From IMG/VR virus record IMGVR_UViG_3300031975_001631: a stretch of 64,000 nt of DNA; one strand, written 5' to 3'. The stretch is from a virus. Made by a program: the position numbers and the translations under genes. A model generated the notes under the pieces. It was not told the origin of the DNA and ran no database searches. It saw nothing but the letters and a program-made list of their open reading frames with translations. Below, in pieces: positions 18,053 to 28,420 of the stretch (position 1 is its first letter; each line of letters begins with the position of its first letter).

Positions 18053-21000
18053 CTTGTCCACCAAGCGTCATAATACTAAGTTCGCCCAAGTCTTCAAGGG
18101 CAGGAATTCCATTATACACCCTAACGGTATATCCGTTAACTGTTCTGTCAGAAATTCGTAAATTAACGATACCACCTGGGAAAGCATTTGTACCACTTGC
18201 GATACCAATGACAGCATAGTCAGTATCATTCATTGCATCAGCAAAGTTAACATTGTAGATACCAGTACCGGTTTGAACGATAGAGCTTACATTATGTGAG
18301 CGATCTCCAGGGACATAATCACTGTTACCAACACCAAGGTTAGTGTTCATGTACCAAGAAGTGGCGCGACCTTCATAGAATTGAGTGTAAGTAGCAGTCT
18401 TGAGACCTACAAGATTCTTAAACTCCCCAACTCTGCTGACCTTATGGAAATCATTATTAAACACTTGGATGGAGTTACCCATGCTTCCAAATTGTGTTCC
18501 AATACCAGCACCATAATACAAGAGTTGAGGAGTGTTCTCATCAATGAGAATTTCAGTATAAGTTCCAGTCTCAGTTACATTATCAGAGTACTGATTCGGA
18601 GTTGTTGTACCAAATCCTACTGCAGAACCATCTGCAGCATAGTAGAACCTGATCGGATAGTTTACCTGCTGTGATGCATTCTCAAAGCGATAGGTTTGAC
18701 CTACTTCAAATCTCAGGTAAGGAGATTCATAACCCTGAACATTGATAGAACGATCAGATCCGATGCCATAATATCTGTGATCTGTTGTCTTTGTACCAAT
18801 AGTAGTAGGTAGAGGCTTGTATGTGCCCTCAAACTGCGTATAAAGGTTCTTAGCGGTGTCTGCAGCGCCCGTTAAGGTGGAGAAACTAGAACTATTAGCA
18901 AAGAGTGCATTGTTTGCCTGAGAGGCGAGTCCAGCGAGCGTAGCGTAGGTAGCAATGCCAGCGACAATAGCCTCAGATGCAATACCTGCAAGTGTAGCAC
19001 GAGGTGCCTCGTTAATCGTTACTGTAACGATACCAGCAGAGACTGGACTTACATCGAGACCAGCATTAAAGTTGACTGTTCCTGCTGTACCAACTGCGGA
19101 TCCAGAGTCTTGAATGATGACACCCGAACCAGCAGCAACAATATTAGTTAACTGAGATCCGTCACCAATAAATCTCGGTGCAGTGATGTCATTATTAGAT
19201 GTGATTGTAGCATCAACATCCAATTGAGAAGCTGTTCCTGCAGTTGTTGCACTGTCAGCAGTATTTGCCGAGGTCGCTGTGGTTGCTACCGTAGCCAATC
19301 CAGCAACAGTTGCAAAGTCTGCTTGAGTTGCTTTAGGAACAGAAACCCCAGCGGCAAGACTATTAGCAGTTTGTGCAACACCTACGGTATCTGCAGCAGT
19401 AATAGTGACAATACCAGCAGAGATTTGAGATACTGTCAGATTCTGACCGAAGTTAATAGTAGCAGCAGTACCAACAGTACTATCATCATCCTTAATGATG
19501 ACACCTGCACCAACACCAGTTACACCAGTAATACCAGAACCATCTCCAAAGAATGCAGTAGCAGTAATGTTACCGCTGGTATTAACATTGATGTTTGTAC
19601 CAATACCAGAGGGACCAGGGTCCTGAGGTACAGAGTGAGCAACAAAAGTCAGATTGGGTTTAGAACCACGAACAATCAAGCTCTGACCCTTAGCAAGAGC
19701 AAGGTTGTCGATCTGAACATCCTGCAGAGGAGCCAGTCTTAAACCAAATACCAGGTAGTCAGACTCTTGGAACTGTGCGAGACCACCAGAGGACAGACCA
19801 ACTGACATGCCAACAGTAGAGTCAGAGTTCTGGTTTGTAGCATGAACTGTGACTAGGCTATCTTCTTGTGCTGTAAAAAACTCAAGGTTAGTATTGATCT
19901 GGAAAGGAGGATTGAATCCAAGAGTACCAGATCTTCTTCTACCATGAACCAGAGCAGAGTCAGGACCCAACTTATCAAACTTTCTAGTAGCAAAGGCAAG
20001 GAAAGAGATGTTAGGGTCGAAAGAAGATACGAAGATCTTATCTCCAGGTTTGATACCAACTTTTTCAATCAGTCTCGTACCACCTCTATCAAGGGGAATA
20101 CCATAGGTAATATAGTCACTCCTTTTGAATCCAGGAGTACTAGAAATACCAATAGAGAATGTAGAACGGAAGTCGTTCTGGTTTGCAACACTAATGCTAA
20201 CCTCAAGGAGGTTATCTGCCTCATATAACTGAACCGGCTCAACAACACCGTTCGTTAGTGTTGTTTTAATAGAAGCAAGTCTACCAACCTCAGCAAGAGC
20301 AGCAGAAGGAGTGGTGAAAGAAATTACTGCTGAGAAAGGAGATGTATGTTCAACACCAGATGTACCATCAGCGTTAGAAAGATGACGACATCTTACATAG
20401 AAGGTATGATTAGAGTTAAGTCCTTCAGGAATTATCTGAGATAAAGAAGTATTATTGTTACCAACACTAGTAAATACTATAGTAGTAAATCCAATATCTT
20501 CAGCAACTTCAAACTCAACTGCTTTTAAAGTACCAGATACTGCTTCACTATCAATAGAAACAAATGCACTGGATACAAGAGCAATACCAAATCTCTGATT
20601 TAGAGTAGTTCCACTGATAGGACTAATAATCGTAGGTGCCTGAACACCAGGAGCATTACCTAAGGTAGCGAATGAAACAATACCTGTAGAGTAATTAGAG
20701 GTATATGAAGTAAATGATGTGCCATCATCGTTAGACAGATGTCTTGTACGAGCATAGTGGGTCGTGAAACCTGCTAACTGAACATCAACTGTTTGGATTA
20801 GACTAGTATTATTATCTCCAGTAGATTCCCAGACAATAGAACTAAAGTCAGATGCAGTAGAGAGTTGCATCTCAACTGCTTTTAAAGTACCAGATACGGT
20901 AGTATCTCCAATAGCAACATAGCTACTAGATCTTATCTGTAAGCTTTCAGTACTAACACCAACATCATTATTGATTGGAGATTCAATAGTCGGTTCTGTA

Positions 21001-22970
21001 ATACCAGCAGATTCTGTCAGAATACCAGAAGCAGTGTCAAGATAAACAATCGCTACACTGCCACCAGATCCATCAGGACTTCTTTGGTTGAACTGACCAG
21101 TCCACCACTGAAAATTAGAATCACCATAGTCAGAAGTTGGAAACTGATCAAAGAGTAAATCGGAACCAGTCTGTGTACTACCAGCAGCAACAGTGGAAGA
21201 GTCCGTTGCACCAACACCAACACCCCGACCATAATCATTCAGCAACCACTGTCTCAGTTCCTGAGATGTAGCGTCAGGTTTTCTCTGCAAGTATAAAGCT
21301 ACAAGACCAGTAACTACAGGAGCAGCAGCAGATGTACCGTTGAAGTTAGCGTCGAAATGAGTAGGATTATCATATCTCTGGAAGTCTGCATAAGGTCCAC
21401 TAGGAAGACCAGCAGCTAGAGTGTCTTCAGCAGGTGCATAAATGTCAACACCAGGACCACTATTAGAATATTCAGCTTTTCTTTCTTTGTAGCTAGATTC
21501 CACAAAGTCATCAAGAGCACCAACATTGATAACAGGATGATATCCAGTGGTCTCATCGACACCAATACCCTGAGGATTCATCCAATCCCTATGGGATGTT
21601 GGTGTCCTCTGTCCACCAAACTCAGCCCTTGGATCATTAGAACCAAAGTATTGGTCGGCAACACCATTAAGTCTATGAGGATCTGTTCGTCCAATACCAA
21701 TATACTGGTTGTTATTACCAGCAGCGGCAATCATAATTACACCGGCTTCGATCATCTCAGCGCCAGCAGCATCAGTGGCGCTAGATCTAGATGAAGAAGA
21801 CCATGATTTATAAGCACCTGATACTTGATTATTGAAACCAATAATCATATCTTCAACACCAGCTGGAGCTCCAGCTGCGACACTGCTCATGTCAATGGTA
21901 CTAGTAATACCAGTAAATTTGTATCTTACAGTTCCCGATGGGAGGACAGCAGCCTGATAACCCCAAGAACCATTAACAACCGTAGGATTTCTTACCCCAG
22001 TTTGAGTGTTTACTGGTTTATATTGATGGAAGAACTTAATGAGATCATAAGATGTCTCAATATCCATACCAACATTATCAGACACACAAGGCATTGCCCA
22101 GATGTTTGATTTAAATGCAAGACCAAAGTTCTTACCAGCAGCAAGAGATGCAGCTGCAGTACCGTGACCACTACCTAAGTTATTAGAACCTGCCGTGCCA
22201 ATACCGATAGCACCATTTCTATTGTAACCAGGAGGAATAACTACTTCAGGAAGAAGAACGAACTCAGCAGATCTAGCATTGTTATCTTCCCACCATGCTT
22301 CAGCTCTAGCAGTATCAACACCTACTGATCCGTCTTCTAAGGTATAAACAAATCCACCACTATTAAAGTAACCAGGGTCAAGATAATATGGGAAGTCAAG
22401 AACAAGGTCAAGCACCCTACTTTTCCCACTATCATCCAAGAATTCTGGGTGTGATTGTAGAGTACCAGAGTCTTGAATAACAATATCTACATTTCTACCA
22501 TCATATAAGAAGTTAAAGTTACCCTGCTTGGGTGCAATATCACCGACTACACCAGACCAAAAATCTCCGTTGGTTGCGATACCAGAAAGTCTAGGAAGTG
22601 CCCAGTTTGTTCTATTTAATTCTGCAGAAGTTGGATTTGAAGCTGGTGGACCATTACTATCTAAATCTCTATAGATTTTAACATCACTATCAAACCTTAA
22701 CGGCATTACCAGAGATGGATCTGGAAAGCTTTCTCTATTGTCCTTTAGTGAAAGTTCAATCCACTTAACATGAGGATGACGAGCAATCTCTTGAGCCTCG
22801 TCATCTGTTAACTCATAAGTACCACGAACTGCACTAATTGAGTGCTCATCGGTACAAGTAATTTTTCTGTCTGGAATTCCGTCCTGATTAGAGTCGATAG
22901 TGAGAGACCCATGGATCTCATTCCAATGATCAGCACTAGTAACTGCCAGGGTATATCTTTTAAGAGTCAT
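18030..22970 (-). CDS. Subtilisin (S8) serine protease fused to virion fibre-like repeats
   Basis: Triad motifs DIVIQDSG, GHGTAAASLAAG, FNGTSAAAPVVTG; C-terminal half with duplicated beta domains, GAGVIIKDD hinges, ATLAG repeats and a fibre-tip-like end. Confidence 0.85.
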   Translation of the reverse strand: MTLKRYTLAVTSADHWNEIHGSLTIDSNQDGIPDRKITCTDEHSISAVRGTYELTDDEAQEIARHPHVKWIELSLKDNRESFPDPSLVMPLRFDSDVKIYRDLDSNGPPASNPTSAELNRTNWALPRLSGIATNGDFWSGVVGDIAPKQGNFNFLYDGRNVDIVIQDSGTLQSHPEFLDDSGKSRVLDLVLDFPYYLDPGYFNSGGFVYTLEDGSVGVDTARAEAWWEDNNARSAEFVLLPEVVIPPGYNRNGAIGIGTAGSNNLGSGHGTAAASLAAGKNFGLAFKSNIWAMPCVSDNVGMDIETSYDLIKFFHQYKPVNTQTGVRNPTVVNGSWGYQAAVLPSGTVRYKFTGITSTIDMSSVAAGAPAGVEDMIIGFNNQVSGAYKSWSSSSRSSATDAAGAEMIEAGVIMIAAAGNNNQYIGIGRTDPHRLNGVADQYFGSNDPRAEFGGQRTPTSHRDWMNPQGIGVDETTGYHPVINVGALDDFVESSYKERKAEYSNSGPGVDIYAPAEDTLAAGLPSGPYADFQRYDNPTHFDANFNGTSAAAPVVTGLVALYLQRKPDATSQELRQWLLNDYGRGVGVGATDSSTVAAGSTQTGSDLLFDQFPTSDYGDSNFQWWTGQFNQRSPDGSGGSVAIVYLDTASGILTESAGITEPTIESPINNDVGVSTESLQIRSSSYVAIGDTTVSGTLKAVEMQLSTASDFSSIVWESTGDNNTSLIQTVDVQLAGFTTHYARTRHLSNDDGTSFTSYTSNYSTGIVSFATLGNAPGVQAPTIISPISGTTLNQRFGIALVSSAFVSIDSEAVSGTLKAVEFEVAEDIGFTTIVFTSVGNNNTSLSQIIPEGLNSNHTFYVRCRHLSNADGTSGVEHTSPFSAVISFTTPSAALAEVGRLASIKTTLTNGVVEPVQLYEADNLLEVSISVANQNDFRSTFSIGISSTPGFKRSDYITYGIPLDRGGTRLIEKVGIKPGDKIFVSSFDPNISFLAFATRKFDKLGPDSALVHGRRRSGTLGFNPPFQINTNLEFFTAQEDSLVTVHATNQNSDSTVGMSVGLSSGGLAQFQESDYLVFGLRLAPLQDVQIDNLALAKGQSLIVRGSKPNLTFVAHSVPQDPGPSGIGTNINVNTSGNITATAFFGDGSGITGVTGVGAGVIIKDDDSTVGTAATINFGQNLTVSQISAGIVTITAADTVGVAQTANSLAAGVSVPKATQADFATVAGLATVATTATSANTADSATTAGTASQLDVDATITSNNDITAPRFIGDGSQLTNIVAAGSGVIIQDSGSAVGTAGTVNFNAGLDVSPVSAGIVTVTINEAPRATLAGIASEAIVAGIATYATLAGLASQANNALFANSSSFSTLTGAADTAKNLYTQFEGTYKPLPTTIGTKTTDHRYYGIGSDRSINVQGYESPYLRFEVGQTYRFENASQQVNYPIRFYYAADGSAVGFGTTTPNQYSDNVTETGTYTEILIDENTPQLLYYGAGIGTQFGSMGNSIQVFNNDFHKVSRVGEFKNLVGLKTATYTQFYEGRATSWYMNTNLGVGNSDYVPGDRSHNVSSIVQTGTGIYNVNFADAMNDTDYAVIGIASGTNAFPGGIVNLRISDRTVNGYTVRVYNGIPALEDLGELSIMTLGGQDGERTYI
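20514..20897. repeat. Internal domain duplication in the protease-fibre gene (357-bp period)
   Basis: Identical 27-mer ctcaactgcttttaaagtaccagatac at 20514 and 20871. Confidence 0.8.
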
Positions 22971-23043
22971 GCCTCAAAATCTATAGGTGAGCACCTTTTT
23001 TATATTTAGGTATGGTAGAATATATATTATAAAGAGCCTTACT

Positions 23044-23841
23044 ATGAATATTGTTACTGGAGCGAAGGGATTCATTGGTGGACACTTTGCCAAAAACATG
23101 GATAGTGTGCTTGAAATTGATATTGATAACTGCTTTGACCTGTTGAATAAATTTAATCGTTGGGAAGAGGTAAACACAATCATCCACATGGGTGCTCGCT
23201 CATTCACAACAGATAAAAATGTAGATTTAATTTACAAGTATAATATTGATTATAGCATCAAGCTATTTGAAAAGGCAATTGAGTATGGTATTCCCGTCAA
23301 GTATGCCTCCTCTGCTTCCACTTATGGTCGTTGCATGTCAACTGATGGTATTATTAATCCTCTAAACCACTACGCATTATCAAAAGCAACGGTTGATTAC
23401 TGGGTGCAAGACAATATGCATAGATTCTCACACATCCAAGGATTTAAGTTCTTTAATGTATATGGTAGCGGTGAGGTCCACAAAGGAGAGCAGGCAAGCC
23501 TTGTAAGTAAGTTCAAGTGGCAATCTGCTACAGGCAAAGTTCATCCCTTTGAAGGATCAAATAAGGTACATAGAGATTATATCTGGGTAGGAGACATTGT
23601 AAATGTTGTGCTCACTAATAGTGCAGGTAGTGGTATCTATGACCTAGGAACTGGTGCTGCAATTACTATTCAAGAAGTGGCAGATTTAGTTGCACAAAAA
23701 ACCGAGGCTATGGTAGAGGAAATTCCTTTCCCACCAAACCTCGTTGGTAAGTATCAATACAATACTCAAGCAGATATGAATTGGTTAAACTATAAGTTCA
23801 AAACCGTTGCTGATTATATCAATTACCACGATGAATTCTGA
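23044..23841 (+). CDS. hldD: ADP-L-glycero-D-manno-heptose 6-epimerase-like SDR
   Basis: VTGAKGFIG, YASSASTYG, YALSK, FNVYG..E.HKGEQAS, RDYIWV. Confidence 0.8.
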   Translation: MNIVTGAKGFIGGHFAKNMDSVLEIDIDNCFDLLNKFNRWEEVNTIIHMGARSFTTDKNVDLIYKYNIDYSIKLFEKAIEYGIPVKYASSASTYGRCMSTDGIINPLNHYALSKATVDYWVQDNMHRFSHIQGFKFFNVYGSGEVHKGEQASLVSKFKWQSATGKVHPFEGSNKVHRDYIWVGDIVNVVLTNSAGSGIYDLGTGAAITIQEVADLVAQKTEAMVEEIPFPPNLVGKYQYNTQADMNWLNYKFKTVADYINYHDEF

Positions 23842-24178
23842 TTGAGTCTGAATCAAAGTGTTGCGTTGAGAATTCAAACAGTTCTGAGTCTTCCAACGCA
23901 ATCATCTGATGCTTTAGCCCAGTAGGAACATAAAACTTATCTCCAGGTTCTAAGACTTTAAGTTCTGCTTTACTGAGATCTTCATCCCACCCAAAATACA
24001 ATGAGATGAGACCACTCTGTAGGTAGAAGGTCTCATCTTTTATTTTATGGTAGTGCCACGAGCACCTTTTGTTCTTTTCCAGGAACAAAAGTTTACCACA
24101 GTACATTTCATTATTTACAATCCACTTTTCATAACCCCATCCTTTGGGGACTACCTTAATTGAAGAAGTCTTTGTCAT
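23819..24178 (-). CDS. Cupin (sugar-phosphate isomerase-like)
   Basis: VPKGWGYEKW, SWHYHKIKDETFY, H..IALEDS. Confidence 0.75.
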   Translation of the reverse strand: MTKTSSIKVVPKGWGYEKWIVNNEMYCGKLLFLEKNKRCSWHYHKIKDETFYLQSGLISLYFGWDEDLSKAELKVLEPGDKFYVPTGLKHQMIALEDSELFEFSTQHFDSDSIRIHRGN

Positions 24179-24479
24179 TAATTCCCTTGTCGTCAATGTA
24201 ATAATCTGATGATGGTTTACCTAGATATAAATTATGAAACTTACACCCCCACGACTCTAATTGATTCTTAGTAAATTCGTAGAACTCTTTCTCAGCTAAC
24301 TCACGATTATTATCGTACCTACCCATGCCTCTGGCGGTAAGATAATTTATAGTATGACCTTCATCATAAAGCTTATTTATTTTCTGTATACGATCCCATC
24401 TAGGGGTTGCGAGAGTATACCTAGATTCTCCCTTCCCAGCATAGCAAATTGTTTCATCGATATCAACAGTATATCTCAT
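24156..24479 (-). CDS. HAD-family phosphatase (capsule-biosynthesis type)
   Basis: VDIDETI, YLTARG, GKP..DYYIDDK. Confidence 0.8.
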   Translation of the reverse strand: MRYTVDIDETICYAGKGESRYTLATPRWDRIQKINKLYDEGHTINYLTARGMGRYDNNRELAEKEFYEFTKNQLESWGCKFHNLYLGKPSSDYYIDDKGINDKDFFN

Positions 24480-25270
24480 ATATTTAAAATCCTATCAACA
24501 TTATTCATAGTGAGAATATATGTACCAGGATTCTGTACTGCAATAGCAGCTGCCTTATTAGCAAAACAAATTGCTTCATCCATTGACGGAAGTTGAATGT
24601 AATAGAAAACTAAAGATGCAAGGAAAGTATCTCCAGCTCCAGTCACATCAAATGTCCGAACAAGATCTGCACATGGAAACTTTTTCTTATTCCATGCAGC
24701 ACCCTCAGACCCCATGGTAACAATCATATTCGTAGAGTTTGGAATATGATCTGGATCTAAACTCTCAAATTCTTTCTTGTTAATTTTATAGATGACATTA
24801 CTGTGCTCCGTAGGAAGTATAGTTTTTTTCGTATCCACAAATATCTTAGTATTAGGATACCTACCAGCAATGTCACTGATTGTTTTTGCGTCGGGAATAT
24901 AACCTTTGTTATAGTCCGAAATGACAATAGCATCATATGTTTCATGCAATAAAGCCATCTGCAGTTCAGATGGATGCAAGGGTTTTACATCAGGTTCATT
25001 ATCTACTCGGACAATCTGTTGGTTAGATCTAATATCAATATATCTCGTCTTAGTGAGAGGTTCCTTATTAGTAAGAAAAGTTACATTAATACCAAGAGAC
25101 TCTAGATTTGCATGAACATTAGCAGCCATGCCAGGTGCCTGTTCTTTTTGACTTTGAATCAATATAGGAACTGGTGCCTCTGGGCTTAGTCTATTGCATG
25201 GACCATAGACCCATTCATCAGTACAACTATCCCCGATCAATAATACTTTGTATGGTCTTGCTAGTTGCAT
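24476..25270 (-). CDS. rfaE1: Heptose-7-phosphate kinase (HldE kinase half, PfkB)
   Basis: LSPEAPVPI, PGMAANV, KTRY, SDYNKG, DVTGAGDTF. Confidence 0.9.
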   Translation of the reverse strand: MQLARPYKVLLIGDSCTDEWVYGPCNRLSPEAPVPILIQSQKEQAPGMAANVHANLESLGINVTFLTNKEPLTKTRYIDIRSNQQIVRVDNEPDVKPLHPSELQMALLHETYDAIVISDYNKGYIPDAKTISDIAGRYPNTKIFVDTKKTILPTEHSNVIYKINKKEFESLDPDHIPNSTNMIVTMGSEGAAWNKKKFPCADLVRTFDVTGAGDTFLASLVFYYIQLPSMDEAICFANKAAAIAVQNPGTYILTMNNVDRILNI

Positions 25271-25631
25271 AATCTTCTAACCTAGGGAAAAAATGTAATT
25301 CAGTAGCGTACATAGATCCAATGACTGACTTTCCTTCCCAGTCAGATCCTACTACCATTATATCAGGTGCAGTAACAGCTATGCACTTTTCTAGTTCTTC
25401 ATCAGAACCAAATAGAACTACATGATCTACAGTCTTAAGACTTTGTAGCATGTATGCTCTATCTTCGGCGTTATTTATTGGGCGAGAAGGACCTTTCTTT
25501 TCCCTTACCCGCTCATCACTATCAATACCAACAACTACTACATCACCCATAGACTTTGCATACTCTAAGAGTTGCAAATGTCCAGAATGAAGAATATCAA
25601 AGGTTCCGTTTACAAAAACTTTTTTAGTCAT
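25227..25631 (-). CDS. rfaE2: Heptose-1-phosphate adenylyltransferase (HldE transferase half)
   Basis: NGTFDILHSGH, GIDSD..V..KKGPSRPIN. Confidence 0.9.
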   Translation of the reverse strand: MTKKVFVNGTFDILHSGHLQLLEYAKSMGDVVVVGIDSDERVREKKGPSRPINNAEDRAYMLQSLKTVDHVVLFGSDEELEKCIAVTAPDIMVVGSDWEGKSVIGSMYATELHFFPRLEDYATSKTIQSIIDRG

Positions 25632-27417
25632 TAGATACCTGGATTATTTTACCATATTCAGGAAGATAAAGATACTCGATATCAGAGTTAGCAAGAGTAC
25701 GGCAAGCGTCGTCCAAGGTCTCCACCAGAGGTTCACCACCAAGATTAAAAGAGGTATTGAACAAAATCGGACAACCCGTAGCATCATAGAAGGTTTTGAT
25801 GAGGTCATAGTAATTCTTGTTCTGTTCTTCAGTAACAGTTTGAATACGACATGTTCCGTCAACATGAATAATAGCTGGGATCTTTTCTTCAATACCAGGT
25901 TGACACTTAACAGCATACATCATGAAGGGAGTATCTTCCATCCCACGCAAATCAAACCATTCGTCAGCATATTCAGCAAGAATAGATCCAGCAAAGGGAC
26001 GGAAGTATTCACGATGCTTCACATTATTAACAAAATCTTTACCCTCAGGATCACGGGGATCATAAAGAATAGAACGATTGCCGAGAGCACGAGGACCAGC
26101 TTCTGATTTTCCTTGGAAAAGTGCGACGATATTCTCATTAGAGATCAAATTAATTACATCGTCATTGTTAGCATCACTTACAATACCACTATACTTGTCA
26201 GCAATATCAATAATCTGCTCAATAGTATAGTTATAGTCAGGACCATAGTACAAATCAGTAATTCTAGAGGGAACTGTTGTTTGTTTCTTACCATTCAATT
26301 GATAATGTACATATAAGGCAGCTCCAATAGCAGTTCCACCATCATTACTGACAGGTTCAACAAAGAGATTGATACCATCTTCTTTCAACTTATCAAGATA
26401 CCAATAGTTTGCTACACAATTCAATCCATATCCACCAGAAAGAACAATATTCTTTTTACCAGTGAGTTCAACTGCTTTATAGATTAGCTTCAAAACTGCT
26501 TCTTGCGTTTCAGTTTGCACTGCATAAGCAAAGTCTCTACGATTCTTAAGTTTGGTCAAATCGTCAGAATCATGATTATTTAAAAAAGGATATTCTTGAA
26601 CATTAACATGCCCAGCATTAGGATAAGTAGGAACAATAACATTCCTATCTACTGTTCCAACCTCTTTAAATAGAGTGGGGACTTCTTCGTTAGGTTCTCC
26701 ATATGGAAATAATCCCATAGTTTTACCAGCCTCGATAGCATGCCAACCACAGTATTGTGTAGCAGCTTCATATGCTTTTACGATACCTGCAGTTTCATCG
26801 AGAGTATAAGAGAAGAAACCAGTTTCACCAGGATAAGCCATTGCTGCTTCCATTTCAGGAACATAATTTGTGCAGCAGGGACCACGAGTTCCGAGATGTT
26901 TATATACAGTATTAATGTCGTTTGGGAACTTACAATTAAAAATAGTTTCAGTTTCCCATACAGTTTCAGTATGCCCCATTACATCAAACTGAATGAAGGT
27001 TCCGGCTCCATCAACTACAAGTGCAGCTGCTTCTTCAAATCCAGACCGATAAAAAGCAGCAGCAGCATGAAGTTTATGGTGAACATTACCAACATCAACA
27101 ACTTGAGGATGCATCTTGCTTGGATCTGGTTCTACATCTTTAATCAAACCAAGTTTTCTTGCCATCCCAACATAGATTGCCTCATTGCTATACTCAAGAC
27201 TACCACAATCCCTCTCCATTAATTGAGTGTGACCAACAACAAGATAATCAAGTTTATCAGTGTACTTCTGTATCTCTAATAGTGAGGCAATAGGTCCGCC
27301 ATCATATTTACGACGAGATAATCTCTCTTCCTCAACAGCAAAAATAAGCTCACCATCTTTCAGAAGACATACTCCAGCGTTGTGTCCGCGAGTGATACCA
27401 GCAATCCACTGTGTCAT
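25624..27417 (-). CDS. Carbamoyltransferase (NodU/CmcH family)
   Basis: EEERLSRRK, HHKLHA, DGAG, AGKTMGL, GGYGLNC, GPRALGNRS, RPFA, NTSFN. Confidence 0.92.
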   Translation of the reverse strand: MTQWIAGITRGHNAGVCLLKDGELIFAVEEERLSRRKYDGGPIASLLEIQKYTDKLDYLVVGHTQLMERDCGSLEYSNEAIYVGMARKLGLIKDVEPDPSKMHPQVVDVGNVHHKLHAAAAFYRSGFEEAAALVVDGAGTFIQFDVMGHTETVWETETIFNCKFPNDINTVYKHLGTRGPCCTNYVPEMEAAMAYPGETGFFSYTLDETAGIVKAYEAATQYCGWHAIEAGKTMGLFPYGEPNEEVPTLFKEVGTVDRNVIVPTYPNAGHVNVQEYPFLNNHDSDDLTKLKNRRDFAYAVQTETQEAVLKLIYKAVELTGKKNIVLSGGYGLNCVANYWYLDKLKEDGINLFVEPVSNDGGTAIGAALYVHYQLNGKKQTTVPSRITDLYYGPDYNYTIEQIIDIADKYSGIVSDANNDDVINLISNENIVALFQGKSEAGPRALGNRSILYDPRDPEGKDFVNNVKHREYFRPFAGSILAEYADEWFDLRGMEDTPFMMYAVKCQPGIEEKIPAIIHVDGTCRIQTVTEEQNKNYYDLIKTFYDATGCPILFNTSFNLGGEPLVETLDDACRTLANSDIEYLYLPEYGKIIQVSND

Positions 27418-28394
27418 TTACCAAATCCTTTTGTAGGGGTTTCTGTTGTCTCTTTTTTCTTTACCGGTTTTCCAAGTCTATCTCTACAAGACTTTAACAC
27501 ACTTTCAATATCATCTTCTGTCATTGCCATACATTCATCATTCTGCATGTCAGCATAGTCTTCCATTGTCAATCTAATGGGAGAGAATGTTCTCTTATCC
27601 TCTCCCAAATCAATTATATCAAATTGATCGTCATTTGGATAGCTAATATTGATAGGATATGTTGATCCAATCACTGCTGTTACACTAGTATCAGTTGCAG
27701 CTGCAATGTGTTGACCAACAGAATCGCAACCCAAGAAATGATCTGCCCTATTAATAATAGATGTCCAAATACGGACATCAGGAATTTGAGGTAGAATAAA
27801 CGGATACTTAGAATCTCCATCCTCTGTCTGAAATGGGAACTCAGACATTACAATCACACAGTAATCTTTTTTGAGATCATTAACAATCTTACTAATATCT
27901 CCAAGACTAAAACTTCTAGATGTTGGGTCAAAAATATACCCACCCTCATCCATTACACCTCTACCAAAAGGTTGAATTACAATAACCTTTTCTTTACCAG
28001 TAGCTTTAATTGCGTTATCGACTAGTTGAAGACCCTGAATACCCTCATGCTTTGCTAGTTTAATCGTAGGTTTGGGAAGTTCCCTAGGCTCTTCTGTGCC
28101 ATTGATTTCCATATCAAATGCTTGAGCAATACTACATTTTTGATTGTAGTAATGCCAACGACGATATGGTTCAGGTGTGACACAATCTCTGTCTTTGATC
28201 TTATCTTCAAAAAGATCTTTATGCCAGTTATCGTATGCGTATTTGTGAAGGACTGGATGGGACTTGTAGAAGTTCATCCCACCCTCACACACAATGATAA
28301 AATCATCATGTGTTTCTGCATATTTTTCAAAGGCAGGGATGGAGGTGATAACTCTACCAGCTCCTCCATTAATGAAGAATGCTTTTGATCTCAT
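27414..28394 (-). CDS. GT9 (heptosyltransferase)-like glycosyltransferase
   Basis: GGAGRVITSIPA and ADHFLGCDSVGQHIAAA..TSVTAVIGST resemble GT9 N- and C-terminal motifs. Confidence 0.6.
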   Translation of the reverse strand: MRSKAFFINGGAGRVITSIPAFEKYAETHDDFIIVCEGGMNFYKSHPVLHKYAYDNWHKDLFEDKIKDRDCVTPEPYRRWHYYNQKCSIAQAFDMEINGTEEPRELPKPTIKLAKHEGIQGLQLVDNAIKATGKEKVIVIQPFGRGVMDEGGYIFDPTSRSFSLGDISKIVNDLKKDYCVIVMSEFPFQTEDGDSKYPFILPQIPDVRIWTSIINRADHFLGCDSVGQHIAAATDTSVTAVIGSTYPINISYPNDDQFDIIDLGEDKRTFSPIRLTMEDYADMQNDECMAMTEDDIESVLKSCRDRLGKPVKKKETTETPTKGFGK

Positions 28395-28420
28395 ACTAAT
28401 TTGGTCAACAAAGTATATAG

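Noticed and set aside
18381-22109. Multiple short ORFs within the protease-fibre gene
   Set aside because: Ser/Cys-rich shadows produced by codon bias of the main ORF
22987-23043. N-terminal extension of hldD from the ORF track
   Set aside because: AT-rich intergenic sequence; the Rossmann motif begins at ATG 23044
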